Source: Mytilus edulis (Eukaryota). From it: 64,000 nt of DNA. Position numbers and translations under genes: made by a program. Positions 61,551 to 64,000 of the stretch are shown one piece after another. The notes under the pieces were generated by a model, which was not told the origin of the DNA, did no database searches, and saw only the letters and a list, made by a program, of their open reading frames with translations. Within the stretch, counting starts at the first letter, position 1; the number at the start of each line of letters is the position of its first letter. The stretch spans positions 55,552,001-55,616,000 of the forward strand of contig NC_092346.1 of the NCBI RefSeq assembly GCF_963676685.1, written 5' to 3'.

Positions 61551-64000
61551 AAATCCTTGATTTGTAGGCGATAAAACTTTTAAATTATTACGGCATGATA
61601 GTAAATTCCATTATACTCTTCAGAAACATCTTTCACTTTGCAAGATTGTGTCACAGTTTAATGATAGTTTTGTTACTGTTGTATCTTCGTTTTCATTTGT
61701 TTTTAAAAATCTTAGGGTTTCGAACGGCCCGCTGGGAAGAAAAAAAAGCGCCCGAAAGAATAAAATAATAATGTTTTATAACAATAAATGTTTTCCTGAA
61801 TAAAAAAGATAATCATTGCTTGTTTTGTTCTTAATATAAATGTGGATATGTTCTATATGCTACATCTAAAGTGTGTAGATAGTGTTGTTGCACTTTTACA
61901 TTTTAGATTTCAAAATTGTATACAAGTAAGTAAGAAAATTTAAACAAGAGTATATAGAAGAATCCTGAACGATATTAACCTCGATCAAAACGTTTATTTC
62001 GTTATTAAAAAAAAATCAGTGCCCGAGGTCTAATAATCGCAACCGCGGGGAACACTTTTCGAAGTTTTGTATTTTATAATTAAACGCACTTGAATTGATT
62101 GTGGAAGATCGTGGAAGGATTTCAACAAGCCTGCCACTAAGAAAAGAAAAGTTAAACCCACTGTTAAGCAAATATGATATTCTGGCCTTGTGGAATGAAA
62201 ATTGTAAAATTGCAAGCATCTGCTGTGACAGTTGTGATACGTGGTACCATCTACGATGTAAAAGACGGCTTGAATTGGCAGACCAACAGAAGGCATTTAA
62301 TAATGCCGACGACATACACACATTAATGAGTATGCAACATGGTCTCCCATTCATTAAAGAACTTGTATTCTGTACGTGAAGCGTCTTATTTGCAATGTAT
62401 ATTTTTCTTCCATGACGCAATGGTGGTGTGATCGAGTCGCGGGCTTCTTTGGATATTGCTACCATGTAATTCTCGATTTAATATAACATTACTAGTCTAT
62501 TTCCTTTCTTCGTTGGTGTAGTGATTTGCATCATAGGTGAGCTATCATTTCAAAGACACAAACATTTTTTTGGTTTATACTTATTTGTAACGCATCTGAC
62601 GTGTACTTTTTCTTCTTTTATAGATAGATAAAAAAAAAAATATTGCTGTATCCCAAACAGTTTCATAATTAAGTCGTATTCTACCTAATATGAAACAAAG
62701 CAGATAGGATACAACTGGAACACTTTAGAAAAACTGGCGCTATATCGAGTTAGATAGAGGATCGTCAATGGCCTATGCTCCCGGAGAGGTCAAAGGCCTA
62801 TAAGTAAGTAAATATTTCCTGTGGTATTTTAATATAGTTCAAGCCTGGCTCTTGACTTTTGGTAATGAAATCTGATGTTTCTCTGCAGAAATCTAACTGT
62901 TATTTGCTTTGTCCTTTACCTGTTGTATCGATATGTGTTGAGCAAATGGGATTTGATTGGGTTTTGTTTTCTGAGAAATTTGTATTTGCCCTCTAAATTA
63001 GTTTGCAACTTATTCTTTACTTTCAAGCGCTTTGAAAATCTAAATTAGCCAGCCTCCTGTGAATTGTACTTAAAAAGAGTGCAGATTTCAATTGTGCATT
63101 TAGGATGTGTGTCTTGTCGGCCGGACCTGTGTACAATGTTCCTTCCTTAATTAGTGATGACATATACCAATCTTTTTATTAATGGTTGACAAAAGTTCAG
63201 ATTTTCTTGGATCTGTTTAATTTTTTATATCTTTTTGCAGAGTAATGTTTTCGATGGATGAATTTTCAGTATGCATTTTGTTGTTTTCTTTACTTGTCTA
63301 TTTGAAAGGGTTTTTTCTTCTTTACTTTAAAATCCTCGGTTTTTGTCGTTCTTGACTTTTTGTAAGCTTCTTAATAATGTTTCATATTATCCATGGTTGT
63401 TTATTTCTCTTTATCCGATTTGTGTGTGTGTGTGTGTTTTATGTAATCTTTTATACCTTTGTGTAAAGCATTTTGACCCAGAAATCGTTTGCATCAGAGA
63501 TCTTAGATCTTTATATTTGACACATCAGTTTATGAATTGTTGTTATTGCAGCAAAGCTTAGCAGGTCTCTTTAATAATAAACTTACAAACATAAAAAGAT
63601 AAATCAAATGTTATTTTGAAAACAAGTGTCTTCATAGTCTTGTAGCATTTGAAAGAGTCGGCAATAAATCGATTTATTGTGTGTAGATAGTGATACAACC
63701 TTTTCAACATTAAATGCTCCTCATTACTCCAATATTTTCGTTGTAGTATAAGTATAAGGGGTCATATATTTTATGGATATAGGTGGAAAATAGTATGTCA
63801 GTACGGGAAATCCTATGCATGTTTTTAAACAGCTGTTCTGTTTCAATTATGCTTTCACCTTTTTTCAAACCATTTTACCACCATAATTATAATCTCCCCC
63901 CTACTCAACATGTCTATAACCGTGAAAGGGCCCCACAAGGCTGAATAACGGGAGATACGTCAATGAGCTATCAATGTATGGTAATGACATGTTTAATTAA

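Noticed and set aside
62095-62379. PHD-like CCDSCDTWYHLRC peptide
   Set aside because: Only half a finger, with no supported splice structure; probably a decayed transposon remnant.

Overview
AT-rich, intron- and transposon-rich animal genomic DNA. The repeat families suggest a bivalve mollusc, probably Mytilus (inference, not a database result). Host genes: first coding exon of a Cdc42/RhoJ/Q-type GTPase (minus strand, runs off the left edge), a tandem pair of four-exon NQO1-like quinone reductase genes (copy A frameshifted in exon 2, copy B intact, 270 aa), and the coding exon of LYSET/TMEM251 (minus). 1940-13006 is a full-length but degenerate BEL/Pao LTR retrotransposon with two nested DNA-element insertions. 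The rest contains MITEs, Helitron/Helentron-type elements, tRNA-derived SINEs, LINE and Penelope-like fragments, and at least eight copies of type I hammerhead-ribozyme (retrozyme-like) repeats. Strongest candidate for an undescribed system: the BEL element has no tRNA primer-binding site. Instead, the 14 nt directly after its 5' LTR are the exact reverse complement of the exon-exon junction made by splicing a canonical GT-AG intron inside the LTR, which suggests splicing-dependent self-priming of reverse transcription. All coordinates were read by eye, and the ends of degenerate repeats are approximate.
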